NCBI GenBank assembly: GCA_039194325.1 | Contig: JBCCWC010000010.1 | Coordinates: 32,001-96,000, forward strand | Source: Myxococcota bacterium | Lineage (GTDB): Bacteria > Myxococcota_A > Polyangia > Nannocystales > Nannocystaceae | DNA: 64,000 nucleotides | Reading direction: 5' to 3' | The notes under the pieces: model-generated | Told to the model about the DNA's origin: nothing | Seen by the model: the letters and a program-made list of their open reading frames with translations, nothing else | Databases searched by the model: none | Translations under genes and position numbers: made by a program | Shown here: positions 28,801 through 37,028 of the stretch, piece by piece | How positions within the stretch are numbered: the stretch's first letter is position 1 | Layout: every line of letters begins with the position of its first letter

Positions 28801-29537
28801 ACGGGGGCGGGTAGATCGTCGGAGAACGACGGCAACCCGGCCGCGGGAGGCCCCGCCGGCGGCGGGCCGGGGGTATAGGGGCTCGGAGGTCTCGGTCCGG
28901 GGGGAGATGGTGGGGCCGAGAACCTCGGTGGTGCGGGTCTGGGAAGATCGTCGATCGGGGCGGGCAGATCGAGGGAGATCGCGTCGGGCGGCGAGTGCCC
29001 GGCGGCGGGCGGCATGCCGACCGGGCTGGGCAGATCGATGTCCGATCCTCCAGGCGAGCGGTCGACCGGGGCAGGGAAGTCCAACCCCGACTCGCTGGCT
29101 GAGATCCCCGGCGGGGGCTCGGATGGCGGGTGGCGACCGGGGCCGCCGCCGAAGTCCAGCTCTAGGGATGGGGCTTCACCCACCCCCAGGTCGAACTCGT
29201 TGTGTGGGGAGTCATCCAAGCCGATGCTCGGTGGGCCGCTGACCGGGCCGGTTGGCGCAGGGGCGGCTGACGGTTGCCGACGGTCGGGTGGACCGAGCGA
29301 CGGCCGGGGGATCCCGCCCGAGCTGTCCTCGGGCATCCCGAAGATCGGGGCTTCGGTCGTCTCCCCGGGGGTCCCGGCAAAGCCGGGAGGGGCGCCGGGA
29401 CTCGACGTGCCAGCAAGACCAGGGGGGCCAGCAAGACCAGGAGGGCCAGGGGTGAGTCGCGCGCCACAGACGGGGCATCGCGGCGGCAGGGGCCGGCTCG
29501 CATCGAGCGCAGTATGGCAGCTTGGGCACGCGTACAT
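25878..29537 (-). CDS. Large membrane-anchored TPR protein with N-terminal zinc ribbon and Pro-rich linker
   Basis: CPSC..CPVC; DLPAP repeats; TM LLVVVGGIAVLGLAAVGVLY; many TPRs. Confidence 0.85.
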   Translation of the reverse strand: MYACPSCHTALDASRPLPPRCPVCGARLTPGPPGLAGPPGLAGTSSPGAPPGFAGTPGETTEAPIFGMPEDSSGGIPRPSLGPPDRRQPSAAPAPTGPVSGPPSIGLDDSPHNEFDLGVGEAPSLELDFGGGPGRHPPSEPPPGISASESGLDFPAPVDRSPGGSDIDLPSPVGMPPAAGHSPPDAISLDLPAPIDDLPRPAPPRFSAPPSPPGPRPPSPYTPGPPPAGPPAAGLPSFSDDLPAPVDLDLPTPASGPSSNAGFDLPPPPGAQLDDGLDLPIPQDLPAPGGQQMVTPVGQDLAPSNIGVAPSNLGVAPSDLGVAPSDLGVAPSDLGVAPSDLGVAPSDLGVAPSNLGVTPAGPGQATGDAAGSAAPGTDVPPAVNLGAGLGTNTLGAAPNRSPAKLMAPARPPISRTLLVVVGGIAVLGLAAVGVLYSGILDPDDPEPTVLRGKPGKNKPKTKEDDSAGKSPEPAAAPSGPAVERSSAVLAMMAKHTPAAYLEAKAASTAASDAVGAAEGALLLHYHYGPNPALATEAATLLQGHAGTTEAFVQRVIGLSSLAAGNISGAEPSLAADDPRTRLYRGWARLSQGELDQAKADADAVLEALPDELSARHLTLAIAAAREPAAAVPTLVAAVAKNPHPALQALLATTAIETGQLATARTATDALDPTATEDPGVQAWTHVQKARVHEAQGDYVEALAAYDRALELVPQAPVVHAARIRALLAAKRFNDASAAVSILVREQAENLEIQLLQAEVAVQSGDGDIALEILGKLAKAMPKDARVMRLTGEVHAKRLAIDEGQTAFAAARTLDPLDYRVAMSEAILLADARRLPDALAVLETARAAAQEAGRQADVARLLVTKARLHDQARESNAAIEALSRALEAVPTDNEAQVLRGALRLKLGPNAEGRADLVEVFERTGGFPGLAAPLGQLFVLEGNYDALERLVGDRLRGDQTDDELLLPGIRLRLQQGRTEDARTLVQTALTRRPSDWEAHMLLAQLLISEGKASEALAEIERARPATPQAELMLQRGKILEFNARHDDAIPEYRGALELAPDLHEARFLFGRLLHYKGGHGKAITELRRVIDAPSAKGAPWFPEVWLNLGLAQQAQGKNADAITSLREATTLDPELGEAWARMGEFHENVNKHGEAITALNKAVELGTKDDYWYADALMNLGRAQVKAGKKAAANKSLKKFLEVAPPEHTSRSEAERLLGGL
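28468..28635. repeat. 21-bp tandem repeat (about 8 units) encoding APS[D/N]LGV
   Basis: ACGCCCAGGTCGGAAGGGGCG repeated. Confidence 0.9.
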
Positions 29538-29641
29538 GGAGGCGGAAACGACCGCAAGGGTACCACGGGCGTACCGCGTGGCCCGTTGGATCGGGTGTGT
29601 CCGCGGGGTCCTACCGGTAGTCAGGCCGGGAGCAGGCAGGT

Positions 29642-30922
29642 ATGACAGCCCTCGTGATCCTCCGCGATCCCGTCCACGGCCTGATCTCGTTCGAGGGGGA
29701 GGTAGGGAATGTTGTTGCGCGACTGATGGATACCCAGGAGGTGCAGCGCCTACGCCGGATCCGAGCGTTGGGGCATGCGTCGCTCGCGTTCCCCGGCGCC
29801 GAGCACTCCCGCTTCGCGCATGCGGTGGGCTCGGCCCACGTCATGAAACGCTATCTCGACCGGGTGCGTCGGTTGGCATCCGACATCCCCGCCTCCGACC
29901 GCATCGACGACGACATGGCCCGGGTGGCCCTGGCGGCCGCGTTGCTGCACGACATTGGCCATGGTCCGTTCAGCCACACCTTCGAGGCGGTGCTGCCCGA
30001 TGCCCGGGCCCACGAGGAGTGGACATCGTCGATCCTGCTCGATCCCGAGACCGAGGTCCACCAGGTGTTGCGCGAGATCGACCCACAGGTGCCCGCGCTG
30101 GTCGAGCGCTTGGTGCATGGACACAGCCCGATCCGTCATCTCGCGCGCGCGGTCTCGGGGACCTTCGACGTCGACCGCTGCGACTACCTACTGCGCGATT
30201 CCTACATGACCGGGGTGCGCTACGGCCTGCTCGATCTCGACTGGTTGCTGGCCGCGCTACGCCTGTACCTCCCGCCCAGCGACTGTGCGGCGACCCTGGC
30301 GGTCGACGGGGAGAAAGGGCTCACCGCGGTTGAGGGATTCTTCCTCAATCGTCTCTACATGTACCGGCAGGTCTATCTGCACAAGGCGGTCCGGGCCGCC
30401 GATGCCGTCTCGCGCGCGCTGTTTGGCCGCCTGCGAGCGTTGGGGCCTCAGCCGGGCACGCCGCCGGCTCTGGAGGCGCTCTTGCGCGGCGAGTCGGTGT
30501 CGACCGCCGCTTTCTTGCAGCTCGACGATGCTGCGTTACAGGCGGCGATCCGGCATTACGCCGATGGGGACGATCCGATCCTCGGCGAGCTGGCGGCGCG
30601 CTTGCGCGACCGTCGGCTGTTCAAGTCGATGCGTCTGCACCCCGATGCGCCGATCCACAGCGCCGAGGCGCGGCTTCATGAGGTGCTGCGCGACGGGGGC
30701 TACGACCCGGTCTACGCGGGAGGGATCGACCGGGTGGAGATCGACGCCTATATCGAGGACGAGGCGCTAATGGTGATCTCTAGCCGCGGTCGACTCCAGC
30801 GGCTGCTCGACGCATCGCCGGTGATGCACGGGCTGTCCCGGGAGACCTTTGTGCACTACCGGGCGCTCTTTCCCGAGGATCTGCGGGAGCAGGTGGCCAC
30901 GGCGCTCGGTGACCTGCGCTGA
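29642..30922 (+). CDS. HD-domain phosphohydrolase (SAMHD1/dNTPase-like)
   Basis: RDPVHG, QRLRRIRALG, HSRFAH, LLHDIGHGPFSH, DVDRCDYLLRD, VYLHK. Confidence 0.9.
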   Translation: MTALVILRDPVHGLISFEGEVGNVVARLMDTQEVQRLRRIRALGHASLAFPGAEHSRFAHAVGSAHVMKRYLDRVRRLASDIPASDRIDDDMARVALAAALLHDIGHGPFSHTFEAVLPDARAHEEWTSSILLDPETEVHQVLREIDPQVPALVERLVHGHSPIRHLARAVSGTFDVDRCDYLLRDSYMTGVRYGLLDLDWLLAALRLYLPPSDCAATLAVDGEKGLTAVEGFFLNRLYMYRQVYLHKAVRAADAVSRALFGRLRALGPQPGTPPALEALLRGESVSTAAFLQLDDAALQAAIRHYADGDDPILGELAARLRDRRLFKSMRLHPDAPIHSAEARLHEVLRDGGYDPVYAGGIDRVEIDAYIEDEALMVISSRGRLQRLLDASPVMHGLSRETFVHYRALFPEDLREQVATALGDLR

Positions 30923-30936
30923 GGTGGACGGCCGCC

Positions 30937-31608
30937 ATGTCCCAGCGCAAGAAGCGAGCCGGACGATGCGAGCGGTGTGGACTGCACCAGCCGCTGTGCG
31001 TCTGTGCGAGCTTTCCCCGGGTGGAAAGCCGCCTTGCTCTGGTGGTGGTGCGGCACGTTCGCGAGCGCTTCAAGCCCACCAATACCGGGCGCTGGCTCGC
31101 CGACATGGTGCCGGGCACAGCGATCACCCACTACGGGCAGCGCGAGCCGCCCTTTGACCCTACGGCACTCTTGCGCGACGATGTGCGCTTTTGCGTGCTC
31201 TACCCGCGAGAGGATGCGGTGACGCTCGATGCCGAAGGAACGGCGCGCTTGCGGTCGAGCCTGGCCCCCGGTCAGCGCCTGGGCTTTGCCCTGCTCGATG
31301 GAACTTGGCACCAGTGCTCACGCATGAGCCGGCGGGTGCCCGTCGTGCAGGATCTCCAGTGCGTCGCGCTGCCGCCCGGACCGGCCTCGCGTTGGGGGGT
31401 GAGAACCCAGCACGACGAGCGCGGCCTGTCGACCTTCGAGGCGGGGGTTCGCCTGATCTCGTTGTTCGATGGGCCCAAGCGGGCGGCTCCTCTTCAGGCG
31501 ATCTTTCATGAGATCGCGGCGCGCATGATGTTCATGAAGGGGCGCCTGCCTCGGCCCGAGGTTCCCTCCTCGTGGCGTGGTGATCCCCTGCCCGCGGCGC
31601 TCCCCTGA
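30937..31608 (+). CDS. DTW-domain tRNA-uridine aminocarboxypropyltransferase (TapT-like)
   Basis: RCERCGLHQPLCVC, KPTNTG, LLDGTW, LSTFEA. Confidence 0.88.
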   Translation: MSQRKKRAGRCERCGLHQPLCVCASFPRVESRLALVVVRHVRERFKPTNTGRWLADMVPGTAITHYGQREPPFDPTALLRDDVRFCVLYPREDAVTLDAEGTARLRSSLAPGQRLGFALLDGTWHQCSRMSRRVPVVQDLQCVALPPGPASRWGVRTQHDERGLSTFEAGVRLISLFDGPKRAAPLQAIFHEIAARMMFMKGRLPRPEVPSSWRGDPLPAALP

Positions 31609-31887
31609 CCGCGGCGCTCCCCTTACGCCGTTGTGAGCAGAGGGCAAAGGACGAGCGCGAAAATCACGCACCCTCCTCTACCGCGGAGCGACCGAGTGAA
31701 AAACTCGACAATGTCCCCCGGATGTGACCATGTAACTCTATGATTGTATTTTATATTACATTTCAATACATTATGGTATGGGGTAAGATTAAATAATCAC
31801 CTTGTAATACCTGTAGGTGCGATGCAAGATGATGTCGGATAAAGGATGAGCTAGGAGCTCACCTGCCCACCATCTAGGGAGACCGCC

Positions 31888-32328
31888 ATGCACGCCGCTC
31901 GCACCGTCTTCACCGCCGCCGTCCTCGCCTCGACGATCGCGACCGGTTGCGATCTGAATGGGGATCGGATCGGTTCCGAGGGTGGGTTGGTGGTCTCGGA
32001 TGATGGTCGTATGGCGCTGGAGATCCCCGAGGGGGCGCTCGACGAGGCGGTCGAGATCACGATCACGGTGACCGATGCGCCCGAAGGCGCGATTTCTCCC
32101 CTCTACGTCATCGAGCCGATGGGGCTGACCTTCGCGCGGCCTACCGCGCTGGTGTTCGACTACGACGACGAGGATCTCGGCTCGCGTGACCCGCAATCGA
32201 TGAGCATGGTGGCGCATCGCGAGCTGAACTGGGCCTACCTGGCGGACGAGCAGGTCGACGTTGAGGACCAGACGATCACCGCCAGCCTCATGGCGCTGTC
32301 GGCCGTGACCGTGGTCGTCGAGAACTAG
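31888..32328 (+). CDS. Lipoprotein with ZU5-like domain
   Basis: GGAG RBS; IATGC lipobox; IGSEGGLV..LEIPEGAL..ITIT..IEPMGLTFARP. Confidence 0.7.
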   Translation: MHAARTVFTAAVLASTIATGCDLNGDRIGSEGGLVVSDDGRMALEIPEGALDEAVEITITVTDAPEGAISPLYVIEPMGLTFARPTALVFDYDDEDLGSRDPQSMSMVAHRELNWAYLADEQVDVEDQTITASLMALSAVTVVVEN

Positions 32329-32334
32329 GCTATT

Positions 32335-32403
32335 TATGCCGAGGCCGGCTCGGGATGCGCGACGGTGTCGCGCCCGGCCTCGGTCTTACGCATGCAGCAC
32401 CCA
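32335..32403 (+). repeat. Dispersed hairpin repeat copy B (REP/MITE-like)
   Basis: CCGAGGCCGG..GCGCGAC-GGT-GTCGCGC-CCGGCCTCGG; nearly identical to the reverse complement of 44877-44944. Confidence 0.85.
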
Positions 32404-32787
32404 GGATGGACGAAAACCGGGGTGTTCTTGGGAAGCCCATCGCGCACGCCCATCGACCCCGGGCGGTGTCACAGGGCGAGAGCTTCCTCGGACCCGACGG
32501 CCGAGGGCCTTGGCCTCACGCGATGAGCTCGCGCGCAGGATCTGCTCGCGACTTTGGGCATCGCCGAACAGCTCGGCTTTGCCGGCCATCATCCAGTGCT
32601 CTGCGGTCGGGTATCGGACACCATCGACCTCGAAGGGCGCCTCGAACCACTGGCTCAGTACCCATGGTCCCACGGCTCGGGCTCCCTTGGCGGTGTGCCC
32701 CCAAAAGCACAGATACTCGGCTTGGGCTCCGCCGGCGATTGCTGCGCGCAGGGACTCTACATCACGGGCCTGGCTGGGGTCGGTCAC
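32386..32787 (-). pseudogene. 3'-truncated NADAR (YbiA-like) gene
   Basis: YLCFWGH, LSQWF..FEVDGVRYPTAEHWMMAGKAELFGD, AKALGRRVRG; similarity ends near 32485 and the EASPxDxxWG half is missing. Confidence 0.8.
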
Positions 32788-33143
32788 CCGAGCAGGCTAG
32801 CAGGGAGCGCGAATGGCACGGTGTAACGTACGCGAGTACGATCATAGGCGCGATCTTGCCCATGCACCCCTCATGCTCGTGCGGTCCTCGTGCAGCGCTC
32901 GTGCCATGCTCTCGAACTGCCCCAGATCGCGACCCGCGGGCTGAGGGATCCAGACCCCGTTTTTGGTGGGGGATCGACACCCCAGGTGTCGTCGCCACCC
33001 ATCGTCATCGAATCAAAGTTCATGAACAGCCGGCATTCGATCGAAAAAAATGCCGGGCAAAGCCCTTGATCGCGCCGGATCGTGGTCGCAGATCAATGGT
33101 GCCCATTGGTATCGTGTAGGCGCCTCTGGGAGGGGGAACGACC

Positions 33144-36100
33144 ATGCGCGTAGTCAACGACAGGCGAGTTTCGCCGAGGGTCACCGTCCGGGGTGATGCC
33201 TTCGTTCACACGTCGCATGGTGCGGTTCGGTGTCACTGTATCGATCTCAGCGTGGGGGGGATGTCGGTGCTCAGCCCGAAGTCGGCGCGCACTCGACAAC
33301 GAGCCCGCATCGAGTCCAGCTTCGGCGGGATCACCCTCAACCTCCAAGCCGTCGTGGTTCGGCGTAAGCGTACTCGCGAAGGTTACGTGCTCGGCCTTCG
33401 GTTTGCCGACCTCGATCCGTCGACCCGTCAAAAGCTCGAAGAGGTCGTGCGGACCATGCAGGTCCAAACCGCGCTCGCTCAGCAGGCGTGTGTGTTCTTC
33501 GAGCGCCTTCCCCAGATGGAGGCTCCGGAGGCCGAGCACGCTGCAGCTCAACCCGCCCCAACCTCCGCTGTTGCGGACTCGTCGGTGCCGGTAGCGAGCT
33601 CGTCGGTGCCGGTAGCGAGCTCGTCGGTGCCGGTAGCGAGCTCGTCGGTGCCGGTAGCGCGCTCGTCGGTGCCGGTAGCGAGCTCGTCGGTGCCAATAGC
33701 GAGCTCGTCGGTGCCAATCGCGAACTCGTCGGTGCCTCGAGCGGACCCGTGGGCCGCATCGCATCCGCAGCCGGTCGTCGATCCCACGAGCATGGGGTCG
33801 GTTCCACGAGGTCCATACCCGCACGCGACGAGCGGCCCCCATGTGAGCGCGGATGCTTACGCTCATGCGCAGGCCGGCTCCAGTGCATATCCGCATGGGT
33901 CGCCCCACGGGGTGGCGGGGCAGCAATCCAGCCCATATTCGCCCCATCCGTATGGCTACCCTCCAGGTGCGTATTCGTATCCGCAAGGGACGCCCAGCGG
34001 TCATCCGGTGCCCGATCCGGCAGCAGATGCGAGCCGGTATCCGCATGGGCCGACCGGTGGTTACCCGGCCGCGGAAGCGAGTCAGTATCCGCACGGGCCG
34101 ACCAGCGGCTACCCGGTCGCGGATGGGGGCCAGTATTCGCACGGGCCGACCGGCGGCTACCCGGTCGCGGGTGGGGGCCAGTATTCGCACGGACCGACCA
34201 GCGGCTACCCGGTCGCGGAAGGCCAGTATTCGCACGGACCGACAGGCCCCCATCCCATGGCCGGTGGTCACGGATACCCACATTCGCCGACGAGTGCGTA
34301 TCCAGAGGCAGATCCTCATGGCTACGCCCACGGCTATGCACCGGGAGCGGCACCGGGCACGGCGCACGGCCCGGCAGGTTTTACTCCCGGCGGAGCGACG
34401 AGTCAGTACCCAGCCATGGCTCAGCCCAGCGGCGTCGAGCCTCATTCGCAGGTTGGCCCGGGTGCAACCGCGTACTCGGGTGTCCAGCCGCAGGCGACCC
34501 AGGCGACCCAGGCGACCCAGGCGACCATGGATCAGTACCCCGCGCGCGAGGGTTACCACGAGGGCTATCCGCCGAGAGCCCCAAGCCCGCACAGCCCGGC
34601 CCCCGGCGGATATCCGCCGATGGAATCGGTCCCCGGCTCGGGTATGCAGCGCTACCCCGAGGCTCACGCCTACCCGGGCGCGGTCCCGACTCAGCATCCG
34701 GGTGACGTCGGGACCAACTCGTTCTCGCAGGCGGCTACGAGCCAGGCTACGGGCCAGTACCCCCACCCAGGGACTGGCCACTACACGAGCGCGGGTACGG
34801 TCCAGGTTCCGGGGGTCGGCGATGAGCACCCGAACGCGACGACCGGTCAGCACCCCACTACCGAGGCGAGTCCCGAGGCGAGTCCCGAGCCTCCTCCAGG
34901 TGCATACACGTATCACCGAACGCCTCACGACGGGGTTCCGCCGGTGGAGGCCGCGTCCGAGTTGCAGCCTCACTGGGACTCGACGATGGTGGCGGTGCCC
35001 GACGGATACGATCCCGGTGCTGTACCCGCGCCACTGGCCGCGCCACCGGTCGCGCCACCGGGCGAAGGGTCGGTCTCCAATAGCTCACGCCCCCAGTCGT
35101 TCTTGCACGAGGGTCCGGTCGTGCGGTTTGGCGAGGACGAGGGATGGACCGAGGACGAGCTCAAGACCCAGGCCTTCGACGAGCCCGATGGGGCCATCGT
35201 TCAGCCGAATCCCGGGGGCCATGACAGCGAAGGCCCCCAGTCGGTCCCCAGCGCACCCGAGCCCGGAGTCGATGCAAACGTGGCGGCCGAGCCCGGCACG
35301 TTCGTGACCCGCACGGAGTTGCTCATCGACCCCATGGCCGACACCGAGGCTCGGGTCACCCCTCGGACGATCGAGGCCCGGGGCGAAACGGTCGTCGAGC
35401 CGTCGCCCGGGCCCGGCAAGGCCCCCGAAGTGGCCGCTGCGTCGGTCGGCGAGCCCGAGCCCCCACCCGAGCTCTCACCCTCGGACCACGAAGAGGGGGC
35501 GGTCCAGCGCTGGGCCGAAGCGAGTTCCTCCTACCCCGAAGAACCCGATCTTCCTCCGGTCCCCTCGTCGATCCACGGCTATCTCGGCGACGCGGCGCCC
35601 TTCGACCCCTTTGCGCCGGTCGAGCACGGGGGGGACGAAGCGCCCGGTCTTCCCGCGATCGGTGAGGACGAGGCAGTGCATGCCTTCGAAGAGGTTTCGG
35701 GGCTGTACCGATCGCCGTCTCTGGTCGAGTCGGCCGAGGTCCGTGCTCAGGCGATCTCCGCGGAGCTCTCGCTCGGTGAGTCGGCCGAGCCGGTCGAGTC
35801 GGCGCTGGTCATTGCGCTCGGCGAGCTGACCGACTCGGATGGCGAGGTCAGGGATGGATGGCTGGCCGATCCCGCCGACGAGGATCGGACCGAGGTCCAG
35901 CCCACGACCTCTACGGCGACGAGCCCCGAGATCACCTCCGAGCAGCGTCAGGTGGCCACTCTCGAGCTTTCGGAGCAGGAGGACACCAATGTCGGTCCTC
36001 TGCCCGCCAGTGAGCTCGACAGCCCGGTGGCCGAGCTCGACTACGGCTACGAGCACAAGGGGGAACAAGGCGACGGGCGTTTCTCCCTTGAGGCCGAGGC

Positions 36101-36878
36101 CGAGGCCGAGGCAGAGGCAGAGGCAGAGCCCGAGCCGAGCATGACCGGTGATACGGCAGTCATCGTGCTCGGGGATCCGCCCATGCACGACTTCGGGAAC
36201 GTCGGTGTACCCGAGGGGCCCGTGACCGGCTCGACGGTGGTGATGCACATCGACGACATCGGCCCGGGTTCGTCTTCGATGGCGGCCGACCCGGAAGCGA
36301 CGGCGGAGTCCGAGCCGCAAGAGCCGGCCCGTACCGGCGCCACGATGGTGGTCGATGTGCGGGATCTATTCGCGCAGGCCGAGAGCGCAGCCGTCGCTCA
36401 GGCGTATGCCGCCGATTGGGGGGCTCAGGTCCCCGACCTCCCCGAGGCCCCGGCGGCCGCTGTGGGCTCCGCGTTCGACCTCCAGGATCTCTTGTCCCGC
36501 TTCGATGCCGCGGGGACCGAGGTCGAGTTGGTCGCTCCAGAGTCCGATCGGGTCACCGCGGAGTCCGAGTTGGCCGAGTCGACCGAGTCGGCCGACAGCC
36601 CGGCAGTGCCACCGACGCAGACGCCTCAGCTGCCCGACAAGCTTCAGGAGGCCTTGGCCAAGCTGCGACGCCGTGACGACTCTGGCGCTGTTCCCGCTGC
36701 TGCGGTCGCTGCGGACACCGCCAAGGATGACGAGGAGTCGACGACCCGACGGCGCCGGTCTCGTCGTCGGCGGCGCCCCGCTTCGGACGGACTGGCCAGC
36801 AACAACGATTCCCCCGAACTGGTGGCGCTCTATCGTCAGGCGTTGGCTGACCTCGAGGTGGACGAAGCACCCTCCTGA
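33144..36878 (+). CDS. PilZ-domain protein with ~1100-aa low-complexity C-terminus
   Basis: RRVSPR (RxxxR) and DLSVGG (DxSxxG); SSVPVA, YSHGPTxGYP and acidic repeats. Confidence 0.85.
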   Translation: MRVVNDRRVSPRVTVRGDAFVHTSHGAVRCHCIDLSVGGMSVLSPKSARTRQRARIESSFGGITLNLQAVVVRRKRTREGYVLGLRFADLDPSTRQKLEEVVRTMQVQTALAQQACVFFERLPQMEAPEAEHAAAQPAPTSAVADSSVPVASSSVPVASSSVPVASSSVPVARSSVPVASSSVPIASSSVPIANSSVPRADPWAASHPQPVVDPTSMGSVPRGPYPHATSGPHVSADAYAHAQAGSSAYPHGSPHGVAGQQSSPYSPHPYGYPPGAYSYPQGTPSGHPVPDPAADASRYPHGPTGGYPAAEASQYPHGPTSGYPVADGGQYSHGPTGGYPVAGGGQYSHGPTSGYPVAEGQYSHGPTGPHPMAGGHGYPHSPTSAYPEADPHGYAHGYAPGAAPGTAHGPAGFTPGGATSQYPAMAQPSGVEPHSQVGPGATAYSGVQPQATQATQATQATMDQYPAREGYHEGYPPRAPSPHSPAPGGYPPMESVPGSGMQRYPEAHAYPGAVPTQHPGDVGTNSFSQAATSQATGQYPHPGTGHYTSAGTVQVPGVGDEHPNATTGQHPTTEASPEASPEPPPGAYTYHRTPHDGVPPVEAASELQPHWDSTMVAVPDGYDPGAVPAPLAAPPVAPPGEGSVSNSSRPQSFLHEGPVVRFGEDEGWTEDELKTQAFDEPDGAIVQPNPGGHDSEGPQSVPSAPEPGVDANVAAEPGTFVTRTELLIDPMADTEARVTPRTIEARGETVVEPSPGPGKAPEVAAASVGEPEPPPELSPSDHEEGAVQRWAEASSSYPEEPDLPPVPSSIHGYLGDAAPFDPFAPVEHGGDEAPGLPAIGEDEAVHAFEEVSGLYRSPSLVESAEVRAQAISAELSLGESAEPVESALVIALGELTDSDGEVRDGWLADPADEDRTEVQPTTSTATSPEITSEQRQVATLELSEQEDTNVGPLPASELDSPVAELDYGYEHKGEQGDGRFSLEAEAEAEAEAEAEPEPSMTGDTAVIVLGDPPMHDFGNVGVPEGPVTGSTVVMHIDDIGPGSSSMAADPEATAESEPQEPARTGATMVVDVRDLFAQAESAAVAQAYAADWGAQVPDLPEAPAAAVGSAFDLQDLLSRFDAAGTEVELVAPESDRVTAESELAESTESADSPAVPPTQTPQLPDKLQEALAKLRRRDDSGAVPAAAVAADTAKDDEESTTRRRRSRRRRRPASDGLASNNDSPELVALYRQALADLEVDEAPS
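33578..33736. repeat. 21-bp tandem repeat (7-8 units) encoding SSVP[V/I]AS
   Basis: CTCGTCGGTGCCGGTAGCGAG repeated. Confidence 0.9.
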
Positions 36879-37028
36879 TCGTTCTGGGCAGTCCGCGACC
36901 ATCGCTCGTTCGTGCTCTAGGACGGGGAACACCGGGTGCTGGCCGGCGTATCAGCGACGACTGGCTGCTAGAGTCCGGCCCCGCGAGCGGTCGTTCGCCG
37001 CTCACCCACACGCCGAGGCGAATTCTCG

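Noticed and set aside
29642..30922. HD dNTPase as an anti-phage defence gene
   Set aside because: Host-like GC and a housekeeping neighbourhood; nothing distinguishes it from ordinary HD hydrolases.
32814..32829. TGGCAC motifs here and near 55910 as sigma54 promoters
   Set aside because: No GC at the -12 position with the right spacing.
33030..33065. c-di-GMP riboswitch upstream of the PilZ gene (CCGGCATT..AATGCCGG then GCAAAGCC)
   Set aside because: Only a simple inverted repeat; the two-stem GEMM architecture is not recognisable.
33093..34973. Long antisense or alternate-frame ORFs (this one, 16978-18423, 29014-30333, 44961-46232 and others)
   Set aside because: Arg/Gly/Pro-rich shadows of real genes, expected in high-GC DNA.
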